DNA of 64,000 nt from an uncultured Bacteroidia bacterium (GCA_902791865.1 CADAXK010000013.1:9812-73811), one strand, 5' to 3'; numbered from the stretch's first letter, positions 8,731-17,995 are shown. Notes: a model not told the origin generated them from the sequence alone. Numbers and translations are program-made.

Positions 8731-9191
8731 ACATCGTGATTTATAAAATGAATTGTATTTCCTCATTTGTCAAACGCTAATAATAAAAAAACCTCCGAAA
8801 GCTTGGGATTCTAACGGAGGCTAAAATAAAGTTTGATAATATGAGGGCAATTTTAGGAATCAACCGAGCATTTCGCTCATTTGATTCGGATGCAAAAATA
8901 TATCATATTCTAATACCCGCAAGCATTTTTTTTAACGATTATACCAAATGCATAATATTTATATATTTTACATAATCATAAGAACAAATCGATTATTATA
9001 AAAATATTTAGAATTAAAGCACAAATAATCGTAGCAAAAAAGACCATCAAACACAAACAACTAACAATCAACACATTAATATCATGTACCTTGTTTCCAT
9101 TTTAATTATCAATGCAAAAAATAAAAAAAGTATTTCCCATTACAAAGCAAAGCCTTATCTTTACAACCGAAATTATAAAAGGAATAGAATT

Positions 9192-9848
9192 ATGAAAATT
9201 ATCAATTTAGGTGGCAAGGGCAGTCTGCTCGACCAGTTTATGTCAGAAATACGCGACGTACAAATCCAACAGGAAAGACTTCGTTTTCGCAACAACCTCA
9301 CACGCATAGGCGAAGTAATGGCATACGAAATCAGCAAACGACTTTCATTTTCCGACGAGGATGTCATCACGCCTCTAGGCATTGCAACAGTACCAACACT
9401 CAAGGAACAGCCAGTATTGGCAACAATTCTCCGCGCAGGACTACCCATGTACAAAGGCTTTCTCAACTTCTTCGACCACGCCGACAGCGCATTCATAGCT
9501 GGATACCGCAAATACAAGAAAAACGGCAAGTTCGAAGTGAAAATCGACTACATCACCTCACCTTCCATAGAGGACAGAAATGTAATAATATGCGATCCAA
9601 TGCTTGCAAGCGGCAGCAGTATCGAACTGGCGTTCAAAGGCTTGCTTGAATATGGAACACCAAAGCATGTACATGTGGCAGCAGTGATTGCAAGTCGCGA
9701 AGGACTTGAATACATTGAAAAGGTATTGCCCGAAAGCATGGTTACAGTGTGGACTGGCGCCATAGACGACGAACTCACCGTAAAATCGTACATCGTCCCC
9801 GGAATAGGCGATGCTGGCGATTTGGCATTCGGAGAAAAAACGGAATAA
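9192..9848 (+). CDS. upp: Uracil phosphoribosyltransferase
   Basis: The PRPP-binding loop VIICDPMLASGSS and the C-terminal YIVPGIGDAGD are UPRTase hallmarks. The start is moved to MKIINLG, because the 36-codon N-terminal extension in the ORF track is AT-rich noncoding-like sequence. Confidence 0.9.
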   Translation: MKIINLGGKGSLLDQFMSEIRDVQIQQERLRFRNNLTRIGEVMAYEISKRLSFSDEDVITPLGIATVPTLKEQPVLATILRAGLPMYKGFLNFFDHADSAFIAGYRKYKKNGKFEVKIDYITSPSIEDRNVIICDPMLASGSSIELAFKGLLEYGTPKHVHVAAVIASREGLEYIEKVLPESMVTVWTGAIDDELTVKSYIVPGIGDAGDLAFGEKTE

Positions 9849-9902
9849 TAAATGGATAATATGTGGTAACGGGAAATGCCTCGTTGCCACTTAACAATGT
9901 AA

Positions 9903-9922
9903 AAACGCGCCATGGCGCGTTT
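9903..9922. repeat. REP-like palindrome, short variant (AAACGCGCCATGGCGCGTTT)
   Basis: Perfect 20-nt palindrome with the same CGCGCCATGGCGCG core as the other copies. Confidence 0.7.
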
Positions 9923-9941
9923 CAAAAGAAAAAAACGACAA

Positions 9942-10484
9942 ATGAAAAAATTACTCATCATCCTTGCTTTCGCAACAGCCTACGCATTATTATCGTGCAC
10001 AGGCGAAAACGAAAAACCACTTCCAGCAGTGCTTACAGCCGATACGCTTGCAACTGTGTACGACTATTCAGTAACCGACACTTTCGACAGCGGAGAAACC
10101 CGCCGCATAAGATTCTTCGACAAGGCTGACAGCACTACGGCAAAGTACGAAAAGCGCTACTACAAAAACGGCAACATCTGCATGGAAGGTCCTCTCGACA
10201 GCGACAACCTTCGCGACGGTCGCTGGATAGCATGGTACGACTGCGGAAAAATTTGGAGCACCGGCGATTATTCTCACGGTTTGCGCAATGGCGAAAACAA
10301 GGTATATTATGTTAACGGTCAAGTACAATACAACAAAAAATATGTAAACGACACCGCCGAAGGCATCTGGACATTCTACCTCGAAGATGGAACAGAAGCT
10401 CTAAAAGTCGTATACGAAAAAGGAAAAGTCATAGAACAAGTGCAACTCATCGGTACCGATAGTTTAAGAAATCTTTCACGTTGA
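9942..10484 (+). CDS. MORN-variant repeat lipoprotein (YwqK-family-like)
   Basis: Lipobox LLSC. Repeated G..DG.W..(Y/W)Y.NG units (NGNICMEGPL..DGRWIAWYDCG; NGENKVYYVNGQ; EGIWTFYLEDG). The ATG at 9912 lies inside the palindrome, so 9942 is preferred. Confidence 0.65.
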   Translation: MKKLLIILAFATAYALLSCTGENEKPLPAVLTADTLATVYDYSVTDTFDSGETRRIRFFDKADSTTAKYEKRYYKNGNICMEGPLDSDNLRDGRWIAWYDCGKIWSTGDYSHGLRNGENKVYYVNGQVQYNKKYVNDTAEGIWTFYLEDGTEALKVVYEKGKVIEQVQLIGTDSLRNLSR

Positions 10485-10501
10485 CATAATCGGTTATCAT
10501 T

Positions 10502-10509
10502 TATTTTTG
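10502..10509 (+). promoter_or_regulatory. Candidate -7 box (TATTTTTG)
   Basis: TAnnTTTG, 33 nt upstream of the ATG at 10542. Confidence 0.45.
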
Positions 10510-10541
10510 CCGTCAGGAAAATTAATTAAAATTAAATACAA

Positions 10542-13343
10542 ATGAAAAGATTATCATTTCTGCTACTCTTTGCCGTTTTAAGTATCGGAGCAGCATTTTC
10601 ACAGGGCATGGCACTCTCCGACAAGTTGCCCAATGACCCAAAAGTAATTGTAGGCAAACTCGACAATGGGCTTACCTATTATATTAGACAAAACTCAATT
10701 CCCGAAAACCGTGCAGAACTCACGCTTGCCGTATATGCAGGTTCGGTTCTCGAAACCGAAGAACAGCGCGGTTTGGCTCACTTTACCGAGCACATGGCAT
10801 TCAACGGAAGTACGCACTTCGAAAAGAACGAGCTCGTAAAATACATGGAATCAATAGGTATGCAGTTCGGTAGCGAGGTCAATGCTTACACATCCTTCGA
10901 CGAAACCGTATATGGCATTAAGGTTCCGACCGACAACAGCGAATTCATCGACAAGGGCTTGCTCGTTCTTTACGACTGGGCTCACGAACTTTCGTTCGAC
11001 GAAGAGGAATTCAATAGAGAAAGAGGTGTCATCCACGAAGAATGGCGTTTGAGCCAAGGCGCACAAACTCGTCTGCAGAACGACATGCTTACCGCTATTT
11101 TCAACGGTTCGAAGTATGCAGAGCGCTTGCCTATCGGACTTATGAGTGTTGTTGATTCCGGTCCATTGAGTGTAATAAAGGATTTCTACAAGACATGGTA
11201 TCGTCCAGACCTTATGGCTGTTATCGTTGTTGGTGACTTCGACCCTGCCGACATGGAAAACCGCATTAAGAAGCAGTTCTCGCAGATTCCAAAACCAGAA
11301 AATCCAAAACCACGTCCAACCGAAATCATCCCCGACCACAAGGAAACCGTTGTAAAGCTTTCGAGCGATCCCGAATGTCCGGCAACCGTAGTTGAGATTT
11401 TCTACAAGCACCCACAGACCAAGACCGTTACAGTAGCTGATGCTCGTCGCGACATGGTATCAATGCTTATGTCACAGATGCTTTCGGCTCGTTTTTCCGA
11501 AATAGCATTGGCTCCCAACCCACCATTCATTCAGGGTGCTGGCGCATATTCATCCTTCTTGGGCGGAAAGGATGCTTTCATGAACTTTGCTATGCTTCAG
11601 AACGACAAGATTGAAAACGCTGTTAAGGTTCTTGCTACCGAAAACCAGAGAATGATTCAGCATGGTTTCACTCAGACCGAACTCGACCGCGCAAAGAAGG
11701 ACATGCTCAAGATGATTGACAAGCAGTACAACGAACGCGACAAACAAAAATCTGAAAGCTTCATAAACGAATACAAGGCTCATTTTATGCCGCCTCACTC
11801 AGCATTTATGAGCGCAGAATATGAACATCAGCTATACAACAAGTACATTCCCGAAATTACCCTCGAAGATGTAAACAATTATGCTAAAACGATGATTACC
11901 GATGACAATTGCGTGGTATTCGTTATGGCTCCAGAAAAGGACGGTTTCAAGCTCCCGACTGAAGCTCAGATTAGAAAGGCTTTCGAGGAAGCCAACCAAG
12001 CAAAGACAGAACCATACATTGACAAGGTTGCCGACAAGCCTATCGTTGATGCTCTCGGAGCAAAGGGAAAAGTTGCAAAGAAGGCTACAAACAAGCAGTT
12101 CGGTTACGAAACCTGGACTTTGAGCAATGGCGTTAAGGTTGTTATCAAGCACACCGACTTCAAGGCCGACGAAATCACAATGACTGCTAAGAGCGATGGA
12201 GGTTACTCGAAGTACAATGCAAAGGACGCTCTCACTATTCAGTGCATAACTGATGTAATGGACGAAAGCGGTCTCGGAAACTATGATGCAACCGAACTCC
12301 AGAAATACCTCTCTGGAAAGAATGCACGCGTTTCGCCTTACATAGGTGAAACTGAAGAAGGATTCACTGGTAGTTGCGATGTTGAAGGATTTGAGACGAT
12401 GCTTGAACTCGTAAATGCTTATTTCACACAGCCTAAGTTCAACGAGGACGCTTTCAAGTCGTATGTCGAAAAGCAGAAGGGTATGCTCGAAAATGCAAGC
12501 CTCGACCCGCAGAGCGTATGGCAGGATTCGATGAGGTGGATTATGGCAAACTACAGCGAATACCGCAAGCCTATGACTCCAGCTATGCTCGACGAAGTTA
12601 ACTTCAAGAATATGAGCAAGTTCTACAAGCAGCGTTTCAACGACCCATGCAACTTTACTTTCTACTTTGTAGGCAACATCGATGCTAAGAAGGCTAAACC
12701 GATGATTGAAAAGTACTTGGGTTCGCTCGAAACGGTTGAACGTACAGAAACTTTCGTTGACCTCGGAATCCGTCCTCCAAAGGGTGGCGTAGAAAAGGAT
12801 GTTAGAAAAGGCAAGGACGACAAGTGTATCGAAATCATATTGTTCCACGGCGACTTCGAATACAACGCACAAAACAACACCGAAATCGATGCTATCTGCA
12901 AGATTCTCACCACCAAGCTCCTCGAACAGATTCGTGAAAAGGAAAGCGGCGTATATTCTATAGGTGCATATCCTATGACTTCGAACAAGCCTACAGGAAG
13001 ATATGCTGTCCAGATTTTCTACAGCTGCGACCCTGCAAGAGAACCAGAACTCAAGGAAAAGATTTTTGACGTGATAAAGTCAATCCAGAAGGGTGACATC
13101 AACGATGAAGAAATTGCAAAGGTTATCGAAAAGAAGAAACGTGAACACGAAACCGAAGTCAAGGAAAACAGATACTGGAGAAGCCTTGTAATTGATCTTG
13201 TAGAGGGTGACATCACTCCCGAAGAGGCAAACGGTGAAGATGCTCGTATTAATGGCATCAACAAGGCTCAGATGACAAAGGCTGCCGAAAAGTACTTCAA
13301 GTTCGATAGCTACGTAAAGGTTCGTCTTGTTCCCGAAAAATAG
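10542..13343 (+). CDS. M16-family (insulinase/pitrilysin-like) zinc peptidase, secreted
   Basis: Signal peptide. Inverted zinc motif HFTEHMAFNGS (HxxEH). Its ~930 aa form two M16 halves. Confidence 0.9.
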   Translation: MKRLSFLLLFAVLSIGAAFSQGMALSDKLPNDPKVIVGKLDNGLTYYIRQNSIPENRAELTLAVYAGSVLETEEQRGLAHFTEHMAFNGSTHFEKNELVKYMESIGMQFGSEVNAYTSFDETVYGIKVPTDNSEFIDKGLLVLYDWAHELSFDEEEFNRERGVIHEEWRLSQGAQTRLQNDMLTAIFNGSKYAERLPIGLMSVVDSGPLSVIKDFYKTWYRPDLMAVIVVGDFDPADMENRIKKQFSQIPKPENPKPRPTEIIPDHKETVVKLSSDPECPATVVEIFYKHPQTKTVTVADARRDMVSMLMSQMLSARFSEIALAPNPPFIQGAGAYSSFLGGKDAFMNFAMLQNDKIENAVKVLATENQRMIQHGFTQTELDRAKKDMLKMIDKQYNERDKQKSESFINEYKAHFMPPHSAFMSAEYEHQLYNKYIPEITLEDVNNYAKTMITDDNCVVFVMAPEKDGFKLPTEAQIRKAFEEANQAKTEPYIDKVADKPIVDALGAKGKVAKKATNKQFGYETWTLSNGVKVVIKHTDFKADEITMTAKSDGGYSKYNAKDALTIQCITDVMDESGLGNYDATELQKYLSGKNARVSPYIGETEEGFTGSCDVEGFETMLELVNAYFTQPKFNEDAFKSYVEKQKGMLENASLDPQSVWQDSMRWIMANYSEYRKPMTPAMLDEVNFKNMSKFYKQRFNDPCNFTFYFVGNIDAKKAKPMIEKYLGSLETVERTETFVDLGIRPPKGGVEKDVRKGKDDKCIEIILFHGDFEYNAQNNTEIDAICKILTTKLLEQIREKESGVYSIGAYPMTSNKPTGRYAVQIFYSCDPAREPELKEKIFDVIKSIQKGDINDEEIAKVIEKKKREHETEVKENRYWRSLVIDLVEGDITPEEANGEDARINGINKAQMTKAAEKYFKFDSYVKVRLVPEK

Positions 13344-13364
13344 TACCATATTTAAATAACAACG

Positions 13365-13396
13365 AAAAAGAGGATGTTCGCATCCTCTTTTTTTGT
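13365..13396 (+). terminator. Rho-independent terminator
   Basis: gaggatg-ttcg-catcctc hairpin followed by TTTTTTT. Confidence 0.75.
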
Positions 13397-13421
13397 TTAT
13401 ACCAGTTAGCAATAGTTTTCT

Positions 13422-13429
13422 TACTTTTG
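13422..13429 (+). promoter_or_regulatory. Candidate -7 box (TACTTTTG)
   Basis: TAnnTTTG, 18 nt upstream of the ATG at 13447. Confidence 0.4.
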
Positions 13430-13446
13430 CACCAAAATATCAGGAA

Positions 13447-14799
13447 ATGTTTCAGAAAATAATAAATGGCTGTGTGAAGCTGGTGCAGAAACTACTGCCC
13501 GAACCATTCATTTTTGCTGTGATTCTTACCGTGGTAGCTTTCGCTATCGCAATGCCGGTCTGCCATCAGACACCTCTCGAGGTTGTCGAGAACTGGGGCA
13601 ATGGAGTTTGGTCGCTACTTGCCTTTGCCATGCAGATGGCACTTGTCCTTGTCTGCGGTTCTACGCTTGCATCGGCACCGCTTATTAAGCGCGGAATAAG
13701 CTGGCTTGCATCTCTGCCCAAGAAACCTATGGGTGCAATTGCATTGGTTACGGCAGTTTCATCGCTTGCCTGCTGGCTAAACTGGGGATTCGGACTGATA
13801 GTAGGTGTAATCTTCGCAAAGGAAATAGCTAAGAAACTGCAAGGCGTCGATTACCGCCTGCTGATAGCCTCGGCTTATAGTGGTTTTGTTGTGTGGCACG
13901 CAGGTCTGTCGGGATCCATTCCTCTCACAATGGCTACACAAGGCAGTGGACTCAAAGAGGTTACTAGAGGCGCATTGGAAAATCCAATTCCCATAACCGA
14001 CACCGTACTAAGTCCATACAACATTGTGATTGTAGCACTGATAATAGTTGTGCTTGTTGCTGTGAATGCACTTATGCACCCTAAACCCGAAAAAGTTGTT
14101 GCAATAGATCCGCAATTACTCAACGATGACGAGCCTGCCAAGATAGAGAAAGGCAACACTCCTGCCGAAAAAATGGAAAACAGCCACATATTGAGCTGGG
14201 TAATTGCTGCATTGGGACTTACTTATCTTGTCATCAAGCTATTTTTCCGTGGTGGTTCGTTAGACCTTAACTCGGTGATAATGCTGTTCTTGTTCCTTGG
14301 CATTATACTTCACGGAACGCCATTGTCGTATGTTCGTGCTTTCACAAAGTCGGCGACAGGTGCAGCGGGCATACTTCTTCAGTTCCCGTTCTATGCCGGC
14401 ATTATGGGTATTATTACTGGCGTAGGAGAATCGGGTATTTGCCTCGGCACAGTCATCAGCGATGCCTGCATATCGGTTTCTACACCACAGACATATCCAC
14501 TATTAACCTTCCTTTGTGCCGCTGTGCTTAATATGTTTGTCCCATCTGGCGGAGGACACTGGGCAATTCAGGCTCCGATAATGTTTACAGCAGGCGCCAA
14601 TCTTGCCGTAGATCCAGGACTTACAGGCATGGCTATCTCATGGGGCGACGCATGGACAAACCTCATTCAGCCGTTCTGGGCAATTCCTGCGCTTGCCATT
14701 GCAAAGCTTAATGCAAAGGACATCATGGGATTCTGCATTATCGATTTGGTTGTAACAGGAATAATAATCTGTGGCGGACTGCTTGTCTGGGCGTGGTAA
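13447..14799 (+). CDS. Short-chain fatty acid transporter (AtoE family)
   Basis: Polytopic membrane protein. The N-terminus MFQKIINGCVKLVQKLLPEPFIFAVILT resembles the AtoE N-terminus. The start is moved from 13393 because of the promoter box. Confidence 0.75.
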   Translation: MFQKIINGCVKLVQKLLPEPFIFAVILTVVAFAIAMPVCHQTPLEVVENWGNGVWSLLAFAMQMALVLVCGSTLASAPLIKRGISWLASLPKKPMGAIALVTAVSSLACWLNWGFGLIVGVIFAKEIAKKLQGVDYRLLIASAYSGFVVWHAGLSGSIPLTMATQGSGLKEVTRGALENPIPITDTVLSPYNIVIVALIIVVLVAVNALMHPKPEKVVAIDPQLLNDDEPAKIEKGNTPAEKMENSHILSWVIAALGLTYLVIKLFFRGGSLDLNSVIMLFLFLGIILHGTPLSYVRAFTKSATGAAGILLQFPFYAGIMGIITGVGESGICLGTVISDACISVSTPQTYPLLTFLCAAVLNMFVPSGGGHWAIQAPIMFTAGANLAVDPGLTGMAISWGDAWTNLIQPFWAIPALAIAKLNAKDIMGFCIIDLVVTGIIICGGLLVWAW

Positions 14800-14925
14800 G
14801 GAGGAGGCTACGCCGTTTCTGGGTTTGGGGCTTGCAGGCTCGAAGGCTCACAGGCTTAAAGCCATAACGAGCAGAACGTTATTACGACTTTGGTTGTTAG
14901 CCTGTTCGACTTTTAACCATTTTTT

Positions 14926-15084
14926 GCTACGCCCGTTTCAATGGCTGACGCCGTTTATGGGGCTGGCGCCCGTTTGAGGCTAGCGCTGTTTCTAGGTTTG
15001 CTTGTGCGAGCTAAAGGTTAACTTCGTTGAGGGCTTCGCCGTTCTATGCCTTCGGCGTTTCTGGGGCTAATGCCCGTTTCTGGT
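14926..15084 (+). repeat. Degenerate 17-18-bp tandem units GCTnnCGCC(C)GTTTCnnGG
   Basis: Four head-to-tail units span 14926..14996 and three more span ~15033..15084. A related single unit lies at ~14809..14830. Confidence 0.75.
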
Positions 15085-15097
15085 TTAACGTTCAATG

Positions 15098-15135
15098 GTT
15101 CTGTAGAATCGTGCCATGGCGCGATTCTACAGAAC
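15098..15135. repeat. REP-like palindrome, 38 nt (GTTCTGTAGAATCGTGCCATGGCGCGATTCTACAGAAC)
   Basis: Near-perfect palindrome. Contains the stop codon and last three codons of 15127..17007. Confidence 0.85.
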
Positions 15136-17007
15136 GATTATCTTCTTCGTGACCACCTTTCCGTCATTCATTGTAACCCTTACAAAATACGAACCTGCAC
15201 CCATTCCATCCGTGGAGATGACATTATTGCCATTGCATTGTTGCATTTCATACACAACACCGCCAAGCAAATTGCAAATCTCTATCCCTGCAATGTTCTC
15301 GCCAGCAATGTTTATGTATTCTGTGGCAGGATTCGGATATACCGACAGCACAACATTTTCATTCTCATCCACTTCCACCTCGTGGCAGGGATTTACATAC
15401 AGGTCCTTGTAGATGGTCTTTGTATTGCCGTAGAAATCCGTGAGGGTTATTGCAAGCTGCTGTTCGCCGGGAAGCGTGGGGGTGGCAATGTTGTAGTGGC
15501 GGGCGATGATGTTCTCGGATGTATCCTTTAGCGTTGCTTCGGTAATGTATTCCGTATAATCGTACATGCCCGATGATGCCAGCAATACATCTATGCCTGT
15601 TGATTTAAGCACAAAAACATCAGGATAATATATGCTGTCGATTACCTGACCGGTGCTGAACTCCAATGTGTATGGAGCCGATGGTCCGCTAATGTTTACT
15701 ACACAATTTATTGTGTCCAGGTTGCATACCGTATCGGGAATGAACACATCAAAATCCAGTTCTGGCAGTTCCGTATAGCACAACCCATCCAGTCCATCCT
15801 TATCTGTTTTTATTAGCCACGGCTGCTGGTAGTAGCCGTTGAAAAACTGGCCGTAGTAGCTATTGCTGGTGGTTCCTCCCATTATAAGGCCACCATCGGC
15901 AGTTGGCTTTATGCATGTAAGCTTGGCAAGGTAATCGTTATGGTTACCCATAGGTGTGTAGCTACGGCGGTACATTATGTCGCCGTTGGGCGACAGCTTA
16001 GTAAGGAATCCTGCATATCCATCGAAGTTTATTCCGTTTCCCACATAGTATATATATCCTTCTTCGTCAACATATACATCCCAATAATTCTCGTTTGGAT
16101 ATATGCTTGGCTCGTAGTCGTAGTTCTTTATTATCTTTTCCCACAGCAGGTTGCCGTTGTCGTCTATCTTGCGCACGCACGAGGCATATTCTTCGGCACC
16201 ATGAATGCTATGGTGGGATGCACATACTGGATAATGACCACTTATTACATAGCAAGTGTCGGGGGAGAGTGAAACATAATTGTATGAATTATTATTCCAT
16301 CCTTCTCTGCCAAATGTTCTCTGCCAAATAATATTTAACGATGTATCAATTTTAATTATCTGTGTAAAAAAAACATCTCGCCCAGCAACTATCAACGCAC
16401 TATCGTATGTTGACTTCATTTGCACAGCAGAGCTTGAAACAAGCAACTCTTGTAATACATTGCCCAATGTATCTAATTTCAACACATTGCCCCAGTACAT
16501 AGTTTCTGAAGAGTCTATTTTCTGTCCTACAATGAATGTACTTATATTATTAATAAAGGATCCTAATATGTTTTGACGAAAAGACATATTGGTATATTCT
16601 TTATCAACCCTATGGGTAACATTCAAAACACTATCGAATTCACATAAAATAAATTTGCGATTATCTCCATCAAAAGCATATTTATATGAGTTGTTGTTTG
16701 GCAAATAGAATTCATTCGAAGATACTCGACCTTCATACACGTCATAAATGCTATCTATAATAAAATTATAGTTTATTATGTTACCTCCAGCATCTATTTT
16801 TGCCACTAAAGAACTGCGTTTCCGATTATTGTCAATATTAGTATGAGTTCCGCACACTATCAGATAGTTGTCATTTGCAGGTGTTAAAGACACCAAAAGA
16901 TGGTTCTCGCTTCTATTAAAATTTAGCATCTTATTGTATGTGTTCTGCGGAAACAAGTTTCCGCAGAACACATAAATTACAATGAATAATATCAGGTATC
17001 TTTTCAT
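15127..17007 (-). CDS. T9SS type-A sorting-domain protein (repeat/propeller-like body)
   Basis: Signal peptide. The C-terminal ~75 aa (VYPNPATEYINI...GSYFVRVTMNDGKVVTKKIIVL) are a typical Por secretion tail. Confidence 0.8.
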   Translation of the reverse strand: MKRYLILFIVIYVFCGNLFPQNTYNKMLNFNRSENHLLVSLTPANDNYLIVCGTHTNIDNNRKRSSLVAKIDAGGNIINYNFIIDSIYDVYEGRVSSNEFYLPNNNSYKYAFDGDNRKFILCEFDSVLNVTHRVDKEYTNMSFRQNILGSFINNISTFIVGQKIDSSETMYWGNVLKLDTLGNVLQELLVSSSAVQMKSTYDSALIVAGRDVFFTQIIKIDTSLNIIWQRTFGREGWNNNSYNYVSLSPDTCYVISGHYPVCASHHSIHGAEEYASCVRKIDDNGNLLWEKIIKNYDYEPSIYPNENYWDVYVDEEGYIYYVGNGINFDGYAGFLTKLSPNGDIMYRRSYTPMGNHNDYLAKLTCIKPTADGGLIMGGTTSNSYYGQFFNGYYQQPWLIKTDKDGLDGLCYTELPELDFDVFIPDTVCNLDTINCVVNISGPSAPYTLEFSTGQVIDSIYYPDVFVLKSTGIDVLLASSGMYDYTEYITEATLKDTSENIIARHYNIATPTLPGEQQLAITLTDFYGNTKTIYKDLYVNPCHEVEVDENENVVLSVYPNPATEYINIAGENIAGIEICNLLGGVVYEMQQCNGNNVISTDGMGAGSYFVRVTMNDGKVVTKKIIVL

Positions 17008-17009
17008 AT

Positions 17010-17147
17010 TTACATTTTTATTATCTTGGTAGAGAATACATCGGAGAAACAGCTCCTAATCTCCACTATGTATGCACCTGGTACATAGTCGCCAATATTA
17101 AAAGAAAGTTCCTCATAAATGTAATACTTATTGCCACAAAGATAATA
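17010..17147 (-). pseudogene. Possible orphan remnant of a T9SS type-A C-terminal domain
   Basis: Startless 45-codon frame reading ...EELSFNIGDYVPGAYIVEIRSCFSDVFSTKIIKM*. This matches the last two strands of a CTD (L..G.Y.V.I....KIIK). Confidence 0.3.
17137..17144 (-). promoter_or_regulatory. Candidate -7 box (TATCTTTG on the minus strand)
   Basis: TAnnTTTG upstream of the ATG at 17007, though 130 nt away. Confidence 0.3.
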
Positions 17148-17197
17148 ATATTTTTATAATATGTGCATGAATTTTTGAATATGCCAAACCTATCTAC

Positions 17198-17995
17198 CTA
17201 TATCACCACATTTCCCTCTACGCTGAATTCTCCACCGATGTACAATTTGGCTATTTCGGATAGCTTTTCGGGTGAATCGGACGAATACATGCTTACTGTG
17301 CGATGAGCATTTTCTGTACGCATTGTATTGGTAGTCATAAGTATGTCCTTGGTGCGACGGGCAATTGCTTCGGACGAATCTATAATCCTTATTCCATCGC
17401 CAGCAATGCGCTCTATCACAGGGCGGAAAAACGGATAGTGGGTACAGCCGAGCACTATATGGTCAACATTGTTCTGCTTGAGCGGATTAATGTACTTTTC
17501 TATTACTGCATCCACCTCATCGCCAACAAAAACGCCACGCTCGGCAAGCTCAACAAGCTCTTTGGCAATCTCGAGGTGTAATGAAACATATTTGCGGTAC
17601 TTGTCGCTTGTATTCTTGAAGTGTGCGCCACGGAAGGTGCCCTCGGTAGCAAGCACACCGACATGTCGGGTGCGTGTCTTCAGGCATGCTGGTTTCACGG
17701 CAGGTTCAAGTCCCACAATCGGAATCTTGAATACACGGCGCATGGAGTTCACTGCTGCAGCGGTGGCAGTATTGCAGGCAATTACAACAATCTTGCAGCC
17801 CTTGTTCACAAGGAACTGCACAATCCTCGACGACAATGCTGTAACATCCTCCACTGAACGTGGCCCGTATGGCGCATTTTTGCTGTCGGCAAAGTATATG
17901 AAATCCTCATCGGGAAGTTCGGCAAGCAGCTCGCGAAGGACGGTTAGTCCGCCTATTCCGCTATCGAATACTCCTATGGGGCTGTTTTCGTTCAT
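17198..17995 (-). CDS. murI: Glutamate racemase
   Basis: IGVFDSGIGGLTV...VIACNTA...LGCTHYP catalytic Cys motifs. Confidence 0.95.
   Translation of the reverse strand: MNENSPIGVFDSGIGGLTVLRELLAELPDEDFIYFADSKNAPYGPRSVEDVTALSSRIVQFLVNKGCKIVVIACNTATAAAVNSMRRVFKIPIVGLEPAVKPACLKTRTRHVGVLATEGTFRGAHFKNTSDKYRKYVSLHLEIAKELVELAERGVFVGDEVDAVIEKYINPLKQNNVDHIVLGCTHYPFFRPVIERIAGDGIRIIDSSEAIARRTKDILMTTNTMRTENAHRTVSMYSSDSPEKLSEIAKLYIGGEFSVEGNVVI

Noticed and set aside
11832-12872. Long antisense ORFs opposite well-supported genes. Examples are 11832..12872 (346 aa), 60394..61341 (315 aa), 4977..5828, 27687..28535, 36374..37138, 61413..62159 and 921..1547.
   Set aside because: Each lies entirely inside a gene with strong family motifs on the other strand. 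Their translations are low-complexity (V/F/L/C-rich) with no motifs. Long stop-free antisense frames are a known by-product of codon bias.
14926-15084. Possible CRISPR arrays at 14926..15084 or 6276..6364.
   Set aside because: The units are 17-23 bp and contiguous or nearly so, without unique 25-40-bp spacers. The repeats are degenerate, and no cas genes are in the window.
14771-15531. ORFs 14771..14977, 15046..15531, 15116..15412 and 37701..38018, which span the GTTTC units and palindromes.
   Set aside because: They read through the degenerate tandem units and the palindrome (peptides such as VESCHGAILQ), or run antisense to the T9SS/OmpA genes. There is no independent coding evidence.
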